Shown here: in pieces, positions 14,780 through 23,927 of the stretch
Numbering within the stretch: the first letter of the stretch is position 1
Layout: every line of letters starts with the position of its first letter
DNA from: a virus
Taxonomy: Duplodnaviria > Caudoviricetes
Virus record (IMG/VR): IMGVR_UViG_3300044769_000034
Location: 1-33,699 of that record
DNA: 33,699 bases
Direction: 5' to 3' (one strand)
The notes under the pieces: generated by a model
Told to the model about the DNA's origin: nothing
Database searches by the model: none
Seen by the model: only the letters and a program-made list of their open reading frames with translations
Position numbers and translations under genes: made by a program

Positions 14780-17086
14780 TTACAAATTTCGACTTGCATT
14801 TTTTACCGCCGCGCCCAGGCGCGCTAATATCTGCGCTTGGGAACGGGTATCGGTGAACTTGCCATTATTAATATTGATGACCGTCTGTCCGCCGCCCTTG
14901 CCGTACTTCTCTGCGAGCTTGTCCGGCCATCCGACTTCCTCGCCCCGCTTGAGAATGGCCGGCATCTCGCCGCCCGCGAAGTCGATGCCGGTGTGATAGC
15001 GCGGCGCCGAGTAGAAATAGGCCGCCGGCACGGCACGGCTAAAGCTGGCGCTCGTGCCGGCGACACCGCCTTCGTGGAAACCGAAAACCTTTAGTAGTGA
15101 GCCGAAGCCACCAGCGATTGAGCCAACCGGGTTGCTGAAAAATCCTCCATTCGGTAGCGATGGGCCTTCGACACCTTGCGGCCGCGTTCCATAGCCGGTA
15201 GGCAATGACGGCGTGCCACCTTTGAATAGGTCGGCGACTTTGCCCAGCAGGCCGCCCACTTGGCCGCCGCTGCCGCTCTTGCCGAAGTCAGGCCCCAAGA
15301 TTAGTTTCTTTGCTTGCAGCGTGAGCCAGTCAGCGGCGATTTCATCGATGACTTTCTTTACCCGCGAACCGAAATCTTTCCATGTCTTAATTTGCCCGCC
15401 GAGCACGTCCTTCAACAGATCGCTGCCGGCGTCGAACGCACGTTCCATGGCTCGGCGCTGAAACTCCGTTACTTCGTCGGTCTTATTCTGAATCTCGCCA
15501 AGCGCTTTTTTCCACGCAAGCGCAGTTAGCTCGGCGCTTTCCTCGTTGCTCAACTGCGCCTGAAGCGCGAGCTCTTCGATCTTCTGCGCGGTCTTGGCGA
15601 AGTCAGCTTGGATCTGTGCGACGCGCTTGGACTCCACGCCGGCCGGCGTGCTGGTATCTATGCTGTCGATTTGTAGTTGCTGGCGTAGGTCGCTGATGGA
15701 ATCTTTTGCGGTTTTGAGTTGCGCTGCTTGCTGCGCGGTCGTTGACGTAGCGATGATGCCGACGCCTTCGTTCGCTTCGTCGGCGAGTGCCTGCTGGCGT
15801 TTGGCCGTTTCTTCTAGGCTATCGTTTAACTGGCGCAATGCTTCGTCGGCGCCGAGAATCTTTTGCTTGAGTACGCCGAAGAATTCATCGAGCCCCTTAG
15901 GAATAGGCAGTTGCTTGTCGCGGAGATTATCTTTTAGTGCGCTTAGCTGCGCATCGAGTTGTGCACCGAGTGCAGCACCTGGACCAAATAGATTCTCAAT
16001 GCTTTTATTATTCAGTCCCGAGAGTTGCTTCTCCATCCCGTCAAGAAAGCTGTCCACCATGTTCTGGACATCGCTTTTGGCCTTCTTCGCGCCGTCGCTG
16101 ATTCCTTTGAAAGCCGCCTGCGGTTTGGTGACGTTGACCGCGTTGAGCTTGCCGAACTCTTCGCGCAGATTGAGCAATTCATCGCGCGCCTCACGCGCCA
16201 GTTGTTTATCGACTTGCCCGAATAAACCCGATTGACCAGACTTTTCCGCTTGGGCGATGACCTCCTTAGAAGTCATGCCCTCAACCCGCTCCTTGGATAG
16301 GCCAAAGGCTTGCGCCGCCTTTGCTGTCGCCTTATCCAGGTCGGCACCGATCTTTGGCACGTCGCGAATTGCGCCGAAGAATCTGAGAATGCCAGCGACT
16401 CCTTCGGCGCCGAGTATCAGCGCTTGATTCTTCAACCGGGTCAGCGCGTCGCCTACGTCGTCAAGCGTCTTCACGTCTTCGGCGCTTAATCCCTTGGCGC
16501 GCAGTTCATCGAAGCGGCCTGCTAGTTGGGATAATGCCGGGCCTAGTTCCTTGGCGGACTTGCCGAGCAGATTGAAAAGAATCGTGTTGCGCTCGACGGG
16601 GTTTTCAATATTGCCGAGCGCGTCTGTAACTTTCTTTATGAATTCGTCTGGTGAGGAATTGCGTAGATCGTTAAGATTGAGTCCGAGCCGCTTGATCGAT
16701 TGCGCTACCTTGTCGCTATCAGCATCAACATTGCCGAGATTCTTTTGCAGATTGAAAACGCCCTTAGCGAAGGCATCCATCGACGTGCCGGCCTCTTCTA
16801 GCGGCGACTTGAATCCGGATAATAGCTGCACCGATAGGCCGGTCTGATCGCTAAGATTTTGCAGATTATCTGCTAGCGCTAGAACTTCCTTGCCGAAGCC
16901 GACTACTGCGCCGACGCTTACGCCTATGCCCAGCGCACCAGCAAGCTGGCCGCCGGCGGTCTTAGCGATGTTTTGGATTTTAGAAAAGCTGGACTGGAAC
17001 GAGTTTTCCATCGTCCGCAATTGACCTTGGATGTTTTTAAGGTCAGCGGAGATTTGAAAGACCACATTTCCTACGCTGGTAGCGAT
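14780..17086 (-). CDS. Tape measure protein (start probably the non-canonical ATC at 17086; GTG at 17065 is the alternative)
   Basis: ~765 aa, helical and A/Q/K/L-rich, with LADNLQNLSDQTGLSV and C-terminal FHEGG..G..RAVP...F..APRYHTG..E.PAILKRGEEV. Follows the chaperones and precedes Dit. GGAGGT at 17097-17092 lies 5 nt before the in-frame ATC. Confidence 0.9.
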   Translation of the reverse strand: MATSVGNVVFQISADLKNIQGQLRTMENSFQSSFSKIQNIAKTAGGQLAGALGIGVSVGAVVGFGKEVLALADNLQNLSDQTGLSVQLLSGFKSPLEEAGTSMDAFAKGVFNLQKNLGNVDADSDKVAQSIKRLGLNLNDLRNSSPDEFIKKVTDALGNIENPVERNTILFNLLGKSAKELGPALSQLAGRFDELRAKGLSAEDVKTLDDVGDALTRLKNQALILGAEGVAGILRFFGAIRDVPKIGADLDKATAKAAQAFGLSKERVEGMTSKEVIAQAEKSGQSGLFGQVDKQLAREARDELLNLREEFGKLNAVNVTKPQAAFKGISDGAKKAKSDVQNMVDSFLDGMEKQLSGLNNKSIENLFGPGAALGAQLDAQLSALKDNLRDKQLPIPKGLDEFFGVLKQKILGADEALRQLNDSLEETAKRQQALADEANEGVGIIATSTTAQQAAQLKTAKDSISDLRQQLQIDSIDTSTPAGVESKRVAQIQADFAKTAQKIEELALQAQLSNEESAELTALAWKKALGEIQNKTDEVTEFQRRAMERAFDAGSDLLKDVLGGQIKTWKDFGSRVKKVIDEIAADWLTLQAKKLILGPDFGKSGSGGQVGGLLGKVADLFKGGTPSLPTGYGTRPQGVEGPSLPNGGFFSNPVGSIAGGFGSLLKVFGFHEGGVAGTSASFSRAVPAAYFYSAPRYHTGIDFAGGEMPAILKRGEEVGWPDKLAEKYGKGGGQTVININNGKFTDTRSQAQILARLGAAVKNASRNL

Positions 17087-17670
17087 GATGAACCTCCGCG
17101 ATTAAGCTGATGCCAAAGGGTTGTGACAGGAATGTTCAGTTGCCTAGACCACTGCGAAAGTGTTTTCGTCTCACCAGCTGATTCAATAAAGCGATTTTTC
17201 CGTGTGTTGTTATTCTGCTCTAAACGGGTAGCCCAACGGACGTTTCCTGGCTCATAATTTCCATCGTTATTGATTCGCTCTACTGTGTGTAAAGATGTTG
17301 GTTTCTTACCGATAGCATCTAGGAATACCGCAAAGCTGTTACGCCACTCTGTGCAAACCCGTATTCCCCGAGCACCGTAGTTTTTGTAAGATTTGTCTTT
17401 GGTATTATGGCAGCGCTGGATCATCCCTTTCCAAGCACTATATTCAGGCGTGCCGGTGCCGCCGTGTGAGCGATTCATCACGGCAGCTTTCTCCCGATAT
17501 AAACAGCCGCATGAGTTCGTTTTCGTTCCTAGAAGTTGCACTTGAACGCGCGGCGTTTGGCCGCACTCGCACTGACAAATCGCACAACGTCTACGGCGCT
17601 TTCCGATCTGCGCCATCACGAAAGACATCACCGTGAGTCGACCGAATCTTTGTCCTACCTGCGTGGCCAT
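17071..17670 (-). CDS. Free-standing HNH homing endonuclease-like protein
   Basis: GQRFGRLTV, CQCECG, SCGC, EYSAWKGMIQRC, YGARGIRVC..W..SF..F, HTVERINNDGNYEPGNVRWAT..EQNNN and a C-terminal TLSQWS HTH-like tail. GC is visibly lower than in the flanks. Confidence 0.85.
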   Translation of the reverse strand: MATQVGQRFGRLTVMSFVMAQIGKRRRRCAICQCECGQTPRVQVQLLGTKTNSCGCLYREKAAVMNRSHGGTGTPEYSAWKGMIQRCHNTKDKSYKNYGARGIRVCTEWRNSFAVFLDAIGKKPTSLHTVERINNDGNYEPGNVRWATRLEQNNNTRKNRFIESAGETKTLSQWSRQLNIPVTTLWHQLNRGGSSSLPA

Positions 17671-18039
17671 TAAGCGCTCCTCTTGGCGCGTTCACGGCGC
17701 TTGTTTCGCAGATTTACGACGCCAAAGAATTTCTCGGCGGCTGCGACGAGATTTTTCTTGGGCTGTGGCGGCTGTGGCAATTTGAAAAAGCTATTGGCGG
17801 TAAAGAAATCGTGACGCTTGGCACCGAGAAACTGATCGACGATGGCAGTCGCGTTAAGCGCCGCAGCGGCAATGGTGCCAGCGCGGAGAAATCTGCGGTT
17901 TTCCTTTTCTTCCCAGCGATCCATTCGGGCTTGAAATTCTATCGGCGTAAGTTTCCAAAACACGTCTTCGGTTATTGCAAGTTCCTGCTCGGCAAAGCTG
18001 ACGAGCCAAAGCCAGTCTCTGGGCTCACGGTTTTTTTTT
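17670..18039 (-). CDS. Tail assembly chaperone, frameshift-extended (gpT-like) segment
   Basis: The -1 frame from the A9 run reads KKNREPRDWLWLVSFAEQELAITEDVFWKLTPIEF..., continuous with ORF 17670..17963. FWxLTPxEF is typical of gpT-like chaperones. Confidence 0.8.
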
Positions 18040-18430
18040 CCTGGTCAGGATCAACTTCCTTCGATTCGCCTTGCTTGAGACTCTTGCCAGCGGTAGCGAC
18101 GTAGCCTTGCCACAAAGCGACCGCTAGGTCGTTGGTAGCCGTCTGGGATTTGTCGAGCATCCCGAAAATATCGTCGAAAGCGATCTCTTCCTTGGGCTCC
18201 CGCACCAGCGATGCCCATAGCAGCGCCGCAAGCAGGTCCAAGGGAAGCGGTGCGCCCATGAACGTCATGGCGTTGAAGGCATTGACCATCAGATAATCGA
18301 TCGACACCCGGCCAAAGGCATTGTTACCGCGCACGCGGTTGACCTCGCCTTCAGCTCGAAATAGCGCCGCGTGATTCACCAGAATCTTGCGCGGCTTGTC
18401 GAGCAGTATCTCAATCGGTTCGATCAGCAC
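17972..18430 (-). CDS. Tail assembly chaperone (gpG-like)
   Basis: 152 aa ORF directly after the major tail gene (PIEILLDKPRKI..., ALLWASL). Carries a slippery site near its 3' end. Confidence 0.8.
   Translation of the reverse strand: MLIEPIEILLDKPRKILVNHAALFRAEGEVNRVRGNNAFGRVSIDYLMVNAFNAMTFMGAPLPLDLLAALLWASLVREPKEEIAFDDIFGMLDKSQTATNDLAVALWQGYVATAGKSLKQGESKEVDPDQEKKTVSPETGFGSSALPSRNLQ
18030..18041 (-). promoter_or_regulatory. Programmed -1 frameshift site (GG-A9-C)
   Basis: CAG GAA AAA AAA ACC contains A AAA AAA and A AAA AAC heptamers, and a -1 shift joins the two chaperone frames. Confidence 0.82.
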
Positions 18431-18433
18431 GGA

Positions 18434-18880
18434 TTAACTCTCTTGCGTCCACACCCATGCGCCAGTCGGTGCCAGCGTGATGCTCAAACGGCGCGCATCC
18501 TCGGCGTTGCTGGTCGGGTTGAACGCGGTGACACGCGCTTGGCCAGTGCAACGGCGGATATGGCCATCGGCCATGAAGATGTTGTAACGAAAGCTAGTCG
18601 CCAGATCGTCGGCGCGCTTGGATTCAATCTCTTGCTGGGAAGCGTTCATCGGCAGGAAATTGCCCGCCAATTGAATCGTGCCGCCTTCAAGAAACGTCGC
18701 CACGTTATCGCGGAACGGCGGCGTCGATTGATGGGTCGTGGTATCAGCGAGAGTCCGCGTCCCAAGGTTGAATGAAATATCCTTGATGCCATCGATCTCG
18801 TTGAAGCCTTCGGTCGGCGTTTCGCCATCGCCATATTCTATTGAGTCGCCTATTGCCCACTCTGCATCGGTATCAGCCAT
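18434..18880 (-). CDS. Major tail (tube) protein
   Basis: GDGETPTEGFNEI..I.DI......DTTTHQS..FR......EGG.I....NF.P....Q pattern with terminal SITLAPTGA. Strong SD (AAGGAG). Confidence 0.85.
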   Translation of the reverse strand: MADTDAEWAIGDSIEYGDGETPTEGFNEIDGIKDISFNLGTRTLADTTTHQSTPPFRDNVATFLEGGTIQLAGNFLPMNASQQEIESKRADDLATSFRYNIFMADGHIRRCTGQARVTAFNPTSNAEDARRLSITLAPTGAWVWTQES

Positions 18881-18898
18881 GATTCTTTTCTCCTTGTA

Positions 18899-19243
18899 TT
18901 ATTCCGGCCATTTGTAGGCCGCGACTTTTAAGTCCTCGGCATCGTCGTAAGTCATCTGCAAAGCGCCGTTGGCATCGCGCCAGCGGGTAGGCGGCGCCAC
19001 GAGTTTCACCTTCGCGCGCGCGCCAGCGGCTACGGTCACAGCCTTGTTCACGTCGGTTCCGTAGTCAGACAGCACGATCGAATTGAACGTGATCGTCTTA
19101 GCCGCCATGCCGTCGTTCTGAAATTCCAGCCACTGCTTGCCGGTGTAGTTGTTGACGGAGTTGCCGTCCGGATTGGCGTCGACCATCTCTTCAGTCAGCT
19201 CGCCGGCAAGAAACTCTATCGGCGTGATTGCGCTGGCGGCCAT
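18899..19243 (-). CDS. Small beta-rich structural protein
   Basis: Start ATG 19243 (TGATG overlap). All-beta pattern (WLEFQND...KTITF...AVTVAAG...G.LQMTY). Lies between tail terminator and tube. Confidence 0.6.
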   Translation of the reverse strand: MAASAITPIEFLAGELTEEMVDANPDGNSVNNYTGKQWLEFQNDGMAAKTITFNSIVLSDYGTDVNKAVTVAAGARAKVKLVAPPTRWRDANGALQMTYDDAEDLKVAAYKWPE

Positions 19244-19698
19244 CAGGCGAGCGCCTCCCAATGCTGGATCAAATAATTTTGCTGCACGCGGTAGAGTGCG
19301 AGCGATTCCAGGTCATCGAATACGTAGTCGTCGCCCTCATCTTCCAAAAATACGCCGCGCACGAGATCCATGTAATTCAGCATCAGCGGTGCGGATTTAC
19401 CGTTCAGCGCGAATCGAACTTTCTCCGCTAGCGGCTTAACATGGGCGAGATATTCCCTGCCGAGACACTCAACGCTAAAAAGCGATCTCACTAGCCTGGT
19501 CGGTCCCTGGTGCGTCTGCTCGCGTTTGCGCTCAATCAATGTGAACACAATCGCAGGATAAGACTTCTTGCTTTCGTCGCGCTCGCTGTCTTTGTCGAGC
19601 TGCGGCATCGTCACCGGGTAGATATTTTCCCCGACAATGGCTTTTACAGCGGCGTTGCTATTAAGCGTTGCGTACACAGCTTCCTCGATCAGCGTCAT
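19243..19698 (-). CDS. Tail terminator/completion protein (DUF3168-like)
   Basis: IEEAVYATL......AIVG..IYP..MPQ...YPAIVF...LA.KVR.AL, with synteny. Confidence 0.8.
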   Translation of the reverse strand: MTLIEEAVYATLNSNAAVKAIVGENIYPVTMPQLDKDSERDESKKSYPAIVFTLIERKREQTHQGPTRLVRSLFSVECLGREYLAHVKPLAEKVRFALNGKSAPLMLNYMDLVRGVFLEDEGDDYVFDDLESLALYRVQQNYLIQHWEALA

Positions 19699-19706
19699 GT
19701 TTCACG

Positions 19707-20186
19707 TTAAACAATCCCGGCAGACTCGCCCGCCGATTGAATCTCAGCGAAGCGCTGAAAAATCCGCGCGGCGAATATCTTCTCCACTTGCCCCGCCGTA
19801 CGTTGGCCCGCGCTGCGAAGGAAATGTTTCCCGGCAATTACCGTATAGCGCTTGGCGGACTTGCGAGTTGCCCGGCCTGTCGCCTTCCATCCCATCTCTT
19901 GAAACCGTCCATAGAACGGAAAGAGCTTTTCCTTTTTCGACAAACGTACCGGCGAAACTCCTACCGATGCGCCAATACCGCGGCGCTTCATCAATGTCGG
20001 CGCAATGCGGCCGCGCAATCTGCCGGTTCGTGTAGGTGCGGCGGCCTGAGCTGCGGCGACCAATGGCGCGGATGCTTCAAAGAGAGCCTCGGCGATGACG
20101 ATACGTTGCAGCTTGGAGAAGCGCGCGCGGAGCTTGAAAATCTCCTTTTGCGCCTGCTTAACGTCGACTGTAATCGTGTCGGCCAT
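19707..20186 (-). CDS. HK97 gp10-like neck/tail component
   Basis: Basic protein with APTRTGRLR..I, FYGRFQEMG and GKHFLR.A. Confidence 0.85.
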   Translation of the reverse strand: MADTITVDVKQAQKEIFKLRARFSKLQRIVIAEALFEASAPLVAAAQAAAPTRTGRLRGRIAPTLMKRRGIGASVGVSPVRLSKKEKLFPFYGRFQEMGWKATGRATRKSAKRYTVIAGKHFLRSAGQRTAGQVEKIFAARIFQRFAEIQSAGESAGIV

Positions 20187-20527
20187 CAGGTTAATTCTTT
20201 CGCTTCGATTTCCGTCATGACGCCGCGACTATTCACGTTGATGATGCTTTCAATATCGAAAATCCTAACCGCGCCGGTCTTGCCGTCGGTGTGCGTCATT
20301 CGCATCTTAGGTGTCAGGTACGGCGCTGCGTTGCCGCGTATGATTATTTTGGTATCGGTCACGGCCTTAACTTGCTGCGCATTGAAGCGCTCGTCGCCGC
20401 GCATCGGCGCGATCGAACCGCGCACACTGCCGCGGGTAGCAAATGTTTTTACTCGCTCGCCGACCGAATTCTTGACTTCGATCGCCTCTTGAATCTCTAA
20501 ACGAAATCTCAGTTCTCCCGCGCGCAT
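20186..20527 (-). CDS. Head closure/head-tail adaptor (SPP1 gp16-like)
   Basis: MRAGELRFRLEIQ...GE......I.P..G.E.F.AQQ...IIIR...MR....FDIESI. Confidence 0.9.
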   Translation of the reverse strand: MRAGELRFRLEIQEAIEVKNSVGERVKTFATRGSVRGSIAPMRGDERFNAQQVKAVTDTKIIIRGNAAPYLTPKMRMTHTDGKTGAVRIFDIESIINVNSRGVMTEIEAKELT

Positions 20528-20530
20528 ACT

Positions 20531-21388
20531 TCACACCTGCAATCTCCGGTTCGAACCGACCAGCGCCTCGTATCCCATGGGAATTTTCTGCATCACTACG
20601 TCGACCGAGTCTTCACGGTTCGCGTACATATGGCCGATGTGCAGCAGTAGCGCCTTCTTGATGTGTTCGGGAATGCCGCCGACGATGGTTGACGGCGTGG
20701 CCAGCGTTGAAGAAAACACCACATCTTGCGACAAGGTATCTTCGTCGATGGCGATCACTTCATAGGCAAGCGTTTGCAGCGGCGTTCCGCCTTGGGCGAG
20801 TACGTCGATTTCGGCATCTGCCGGCGCGGCGTTGTCAAAATTGACATGAAAGCCAGCGTCAGTTTTTTCGCTCACGCCGAACTTGGTTGTCCAGTTAGGC
20901 TCGATGCTTAGATGGTAATTGGTGCCGTCGAATGCCGGGTCCGGCGTGGTAACCGCGTCACCGTAGCCGACGACGAACTGCACGCGCACGCTACGCGGGA
21001 AGCAGCGGCTAGAAGGCCAGTACGTGTTGTATACCGGTGCGAGATAGGAGATCTCGTTGACTTGGTAATGGATGTATGCGGACGGATCCAGAGTCTGTAA
21101 GTCGCCATTGCCGTCGACGTATTTAACAAAGCTGATCGCCTGGACCGGAAAATACGGCAGCTTAATGACACAGGGAAACTCGGACAGCTCCAGCAGCCAG
21201 GTCTGCGAGCACAAGCGGCGCGCGTCGCGTTCCTCAAAATAGGTGCGAGCGGCGGTGATTAACGATTGAATTAGGTCGGAGTCTTCGACCTCTGGCGCGA
21301 TAAGATGATCGTAGGCTTGCTTCAGCGTGAGCGGCTCGCCCACCGGTGCAGCGATGAGACTGAGGGATGATTGCGGCTCTTGGTACAT
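20531..21388 (-). CDS. Head-tail connector (gp6-like) with ~90 aa insertion
   Basis: P..EPLTL..A..HL...D.LI.SLI.AAR...E...R.L..QTW, LP..PVQ.I..V.Y.D..G..QTL, V.V.FVVGYG and IPE.IK.ALLL.IGHMYANRE. Confidence 0.9.
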   Translation of the reverse strand: MYQEPQSSLSLIAAPVGEPLTLKQAYDHLIAPEVEDSDLIQSLITAARTYFEERDARRLCSQTWLLELSEFPCVIKLPYFPVQAISFVKYVDGNGDLQTLDPSAYIHYQVNEISYLAPVYNTYWPSSRCFPRSVRVQFVVGYGDAVTTPDPAFDGTNYHLSIEPNWTTKFGVSEKTDAGFHVNFDNAAPADAEIDVLAQGGTPLQTLAYEVIAIDEDTLSQDVVFSSTLATPSTIVGGIPEHIKKALLLHIGHMYANREDSVDVVMQKIPMGYEALVGSNRRLQV

Positions 21389-21423
21389 GGCCCTAAATCG
21401 AACTTCTCCACGTCATCAGCCGA

Positions 21424-21699
21424 TCAGGTCGTTTCCGACGGCTTCGTGCGCATGCCGCCACGGCCGCGCGGCGATAGCGCTTGCTCTGGCGCACCGGTGC
21501 TGGCGGCAAACTCCGGTTGCTTCTCGTCGCTCTTGAACTTGCCCATTGGCGCTTGCGCGGGAACGACCCAGCCGTTGTTGAGATAAACCTCGGCGAGCGC
21601 TGGCTCTAATTCGAACTCGTCGCCCGGTTCGCATTCCTGCTTTTTGAGAATGCGGCGCATGTCCTCGTTTCGGACATGCGCCGTGGCTCGTACAAACAT
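21424..21699 (-). CDS. Small conserved-type protein downstream of capsid
   Basis: PGDEFEL....A..YL.NGW pattern with a basic disordered tail. SD GGAG. Typical position between MCP and gp6. Confidence 0.65.
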   Translation of the reverse strand: MFVRATAHVRNEDMRRILKKQECEPGDEFELEPALAEVYLNNGWVVPAQAPMGKFKSDEKQPEFAASTGAPEQALSPRGRGGMRTKPSETT

Positions 21700-21722
21700 T
21701 TTGGCGTCTACTCCCGCGCCGA

Positions 21723-23078
21723 TTAGCTCGGCAACATTGAGAGATACTTGATCGGGTGCGTACCAGCGTCGAGCAAGTTACCGTCTGACCGCAGGTAGGC
21801 GATGAACGCTACTTGATCGGTTGCGGCATAGAGCTCGTCGAGCCGTACCAAGCGTAAGGTCGCTTGGTCGCGAATCTTGTATTTGCTGAAATCGCCAAAG
21901 GCCATCACTTTTGCGCTGGCGATTGAAGCGGACGGGAAAGATTGATTGATCGTGTAGGGATAGCCTAACAGCCTGTCTGGAACGCCAGCTTGCAGGCCGG
22001 GCTGCCAGATATAAGCGTTAGTCGTCGACTCCTTCAGCATGCGGATTTCGGCGAGAATCGAGTCGTGCATCATGAATCGCGCATTGTTGCGATAGGCCGG
22101 GTCAACGCTGTGGATCAAGCCGATGACATCATCGGAAGCGATGACTAAATCGTCGGCGGCGGCAAAGGTCGTGCCTGCAACCAGGACGCCTTTAGGTAGG
22201 GTCGTGCCGGCGCCGGTGCTGAAATGATCGTTCTGGATACGGGCGATACGGATAGCGAGCATCTCGCCGATCCGGGCGCCGAGATCGAAAGCGCTATCCT
22301 GCAAAAGCTCCGTACTGATCAGGACGGGCTTGGAAGAGTATTTGAACTTCTTCAGAATCACTTGGCTGAAGCTCGGATCAACGCTCGATCCAAAGTCGGT
22401 GGCTTCGTCCAGGATCACGCCCTTGTTAGAGCTGTCATTGACTGTCGGCAGCGGCAAGTCGCCTTCGCTGTCGGTCCGGATGACTTCAGAAACCGCGCGC
22501 ATGCCGCCGAACTCCAACATCGCCACTTCCAACGAACGCACAAAGCCTTCGGGAATGGTTTCAAGGCCCTTATTGGTGGTCGTGACATTCAAGGCGCGCC
22601 ACTCACGCTGAAACTGGCGATAGGTCTTAACCATCGGCAAAAAGATTTCTTTTTGGCGGAAGTCTTGGCCGAGAAATGTCGCCGCGTCGCGATGCTCTTG
22701 CTCAATCTTGGGGTTGCCTTTCGCGTGGCGTAGCCAAGCCTGTAAAAAATAAGTGCTGTTAGTTTCCAGCTGCGCGAATGTCGGCATGCGAACGCCGGCG
22801 ATCGGCGTATGGATTCCTGTCCAGCCTTTGCCGTTGTTGAGATCGGCCTGGCGCTGGTTATCGTTTACCGATGCAGCATTCGCCTTTTCGCGCGCCTGGA
22901 TATCTTCTTCGCGCTTGATACGCTGCTCTAGGGCGGTGCAGTCGCGGTTGCGCTCTTCAAACCATTGAGTCTCTTCTGCCGTTTCACTATTCTTCGCGTC
23001 GATTTCGTCCTGCTTTTTGCGCATCGCTTCCACTAACTCGCCCTTTTGCTGGCGCATCTCGATGAGGTTTAATGCCAT
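21723..23078 (-). CDS. HK97-fold major capsid protein with N-terminal delta/scaffold domain
   Basis: Coiled-coil N-terminus, then TIPEGF, ISTELLQDSAFDL, TG.GT..PKG, YIWQPGLQAG.PDRLLGYP, FGDFSKY and DQVAF.A..R.DG. SD AAGGAG. Confidence 0.95.
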   Translation of the reverse strand: MALNLIEMRQQKGELVEAMRKKQDEIDAKNSETAEETQWFEERNRDCTALEQRIKREEDIQAREKANAASVNDNQRQADLNNGKGWTGIHTPIAGVRMPTFAQLETNSTYFLQAWLRHAKGNPKIEQEHRDAATFLGQDFRQKEIFLPMVKTYRQFQREWRALNVTTTNKGLETIPEGFVRSLEVAMLEFGGMRAVSEVIRTDSEGDLPLPTVNDSSNKGVILDEATDFGSSVDPSFSQVILKKFKYSSKPVLISTELLQDSAFDLGARIGEMLAIRIARIQNDHFSTGAGTTLPKGVLVAGTTFAAADDLVIASDDVIGLIHSVDPAYRNNARFMMHDSILAEIRMLKESTTNAYIWQPGLQAGVPDRLLGYPYTINQSFPSASIASAKVMAFGDFSKYKIRDQATLRLVRLDELYAATDQVAFIAYLRSDGNLLDAGTHPIKYLSMLPS

Positions 23079-23105
23079 GATTTTTCTCCTTAAATTCGTA
23101 ACTGT

Positions 23106-23786
23106 TTAAGTTGCGGTACTCGGGCAACGTTTGAGAATTTCGGCGTAAGACCATTTGTCCGCAGGCGGCGTATTCGCTGCGATGAATTCCCGGCGCTCTT
23201 TGGCGCGGGCTTCGAACGCGGCCTTTTGCTCGGCGCTGGGCTCGGTAACGATGGCGGATAATTCTTTGAGCTTGGCCTGCGCGATGCTGCGCAGCTCGGC
23301 GCGTACGCCGACATCAGTCTGCGGATAAGCGGCGAAAGTGACCGGTGAAACGTCGAAAAGATCGACCGCTGACACAGTACGAATGACACCGCCATTTTCC
23401 ATGTGCCATTTCGAGCCTTCAGGTAGTACTCTGAAGCCAAAGGACATCTGATCAACGTCGCCGCGCTCGATGGAAACCAGTAAATCGCGTGCAAACGTCG
23501 TATCGGGGAAATCGGCATCAATCTTCAGTCCTTCGCGGTCTTCGGAAAGGCGCAGCGTGCCGGATTTGGTGCGGGCAAGAATAAAGTTAGGGTCGTGATT
23601 CCACAGCGCGCGAACATCGCCGTCTTTGATCGTATCGGCAAAAGCGCCGGGCTGAATCTGCTCGCGATAGCCGCCTAAATCGTCGGATAATTGGTTGAAA
23701 ACGGCGGCGTGGCCGGTAATGCCAGGCTTGGAGCCGCTACGGGCGCGGAGTTCGGATACGGTGAAGTCTCTGTATTCGGTTTCCAT
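23106..23786 (-). CDS. HK97-family prohead protease (Peptidase S78)
   Basis: ITGHAAVFN..S.DLGG.RE.I.PGAF, ALWNHD...LART.SGTL.L.ED..GL, RGDVDQMSFGF and LFDVSPVTF.AY..T. Confidence 0.95.
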   Translation of the reverse strand: METEYRDFTVSELRARSGSKPGITGHAAVFNQLSDDLGGYREQIQPGAFADTIKDGDVRALWNHDPNFILARTKSGTLRLSEDREGLKIDADFPDTTFARDLLVSIERGDVDQMSFGFRVLPEGSKWHMENGGVIRTVSAVDLFDVSPVTFAAYPQTDVGVRAELRSIAQAKLKELSAIVTEPSAEQKAAFEARAKERREFIAANTPPADKWSYAEILKRCPSTAT

Positions 23787-23823
23787 AAAAAAAGGCCAAT
23801 ACCGCCGTTAACGGTACTGGCCT
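23787..23823 (-). terminator. Intrinsic terminator-like hairpin abutting the protease start codon
   Basis: AGGCCAGTACCG-TTAACGG-CGGTATTGGCCT (12 bp, one G-U), then a U-tract and then ATG. Confidence 0.75.
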
Positions 23824-23880
23824 AATTCGTTTCTTCAGCCGAGGACGTGATCAGCGCCCGGCCAAAATCATTCGTGGCTG

Positions 23881-23909
23881 ATTATCTTGTTATGTCACTG
23901 TTTAGTAAA
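23881..23909 (-). promoter_or_regulatory. Putative sigma70-type promoter for the head-tail operon
   Basis: TTTACT (23909-23904), 17-nt spacer, GATAAT (23886-23881), in the only sizeable intergenic region. Confidence 0.5.
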
Positions 23910-23927
23910 TGGTAAAACAGGAGAGCG

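Noticed and set aside
15594-20492. Long plus-strand ORFs (15594..16235, 19668..20492 and others)
   Set aside because: They lie antisense to well-supported structural genes and contain no motifs, as expected in GC-rich DNA.
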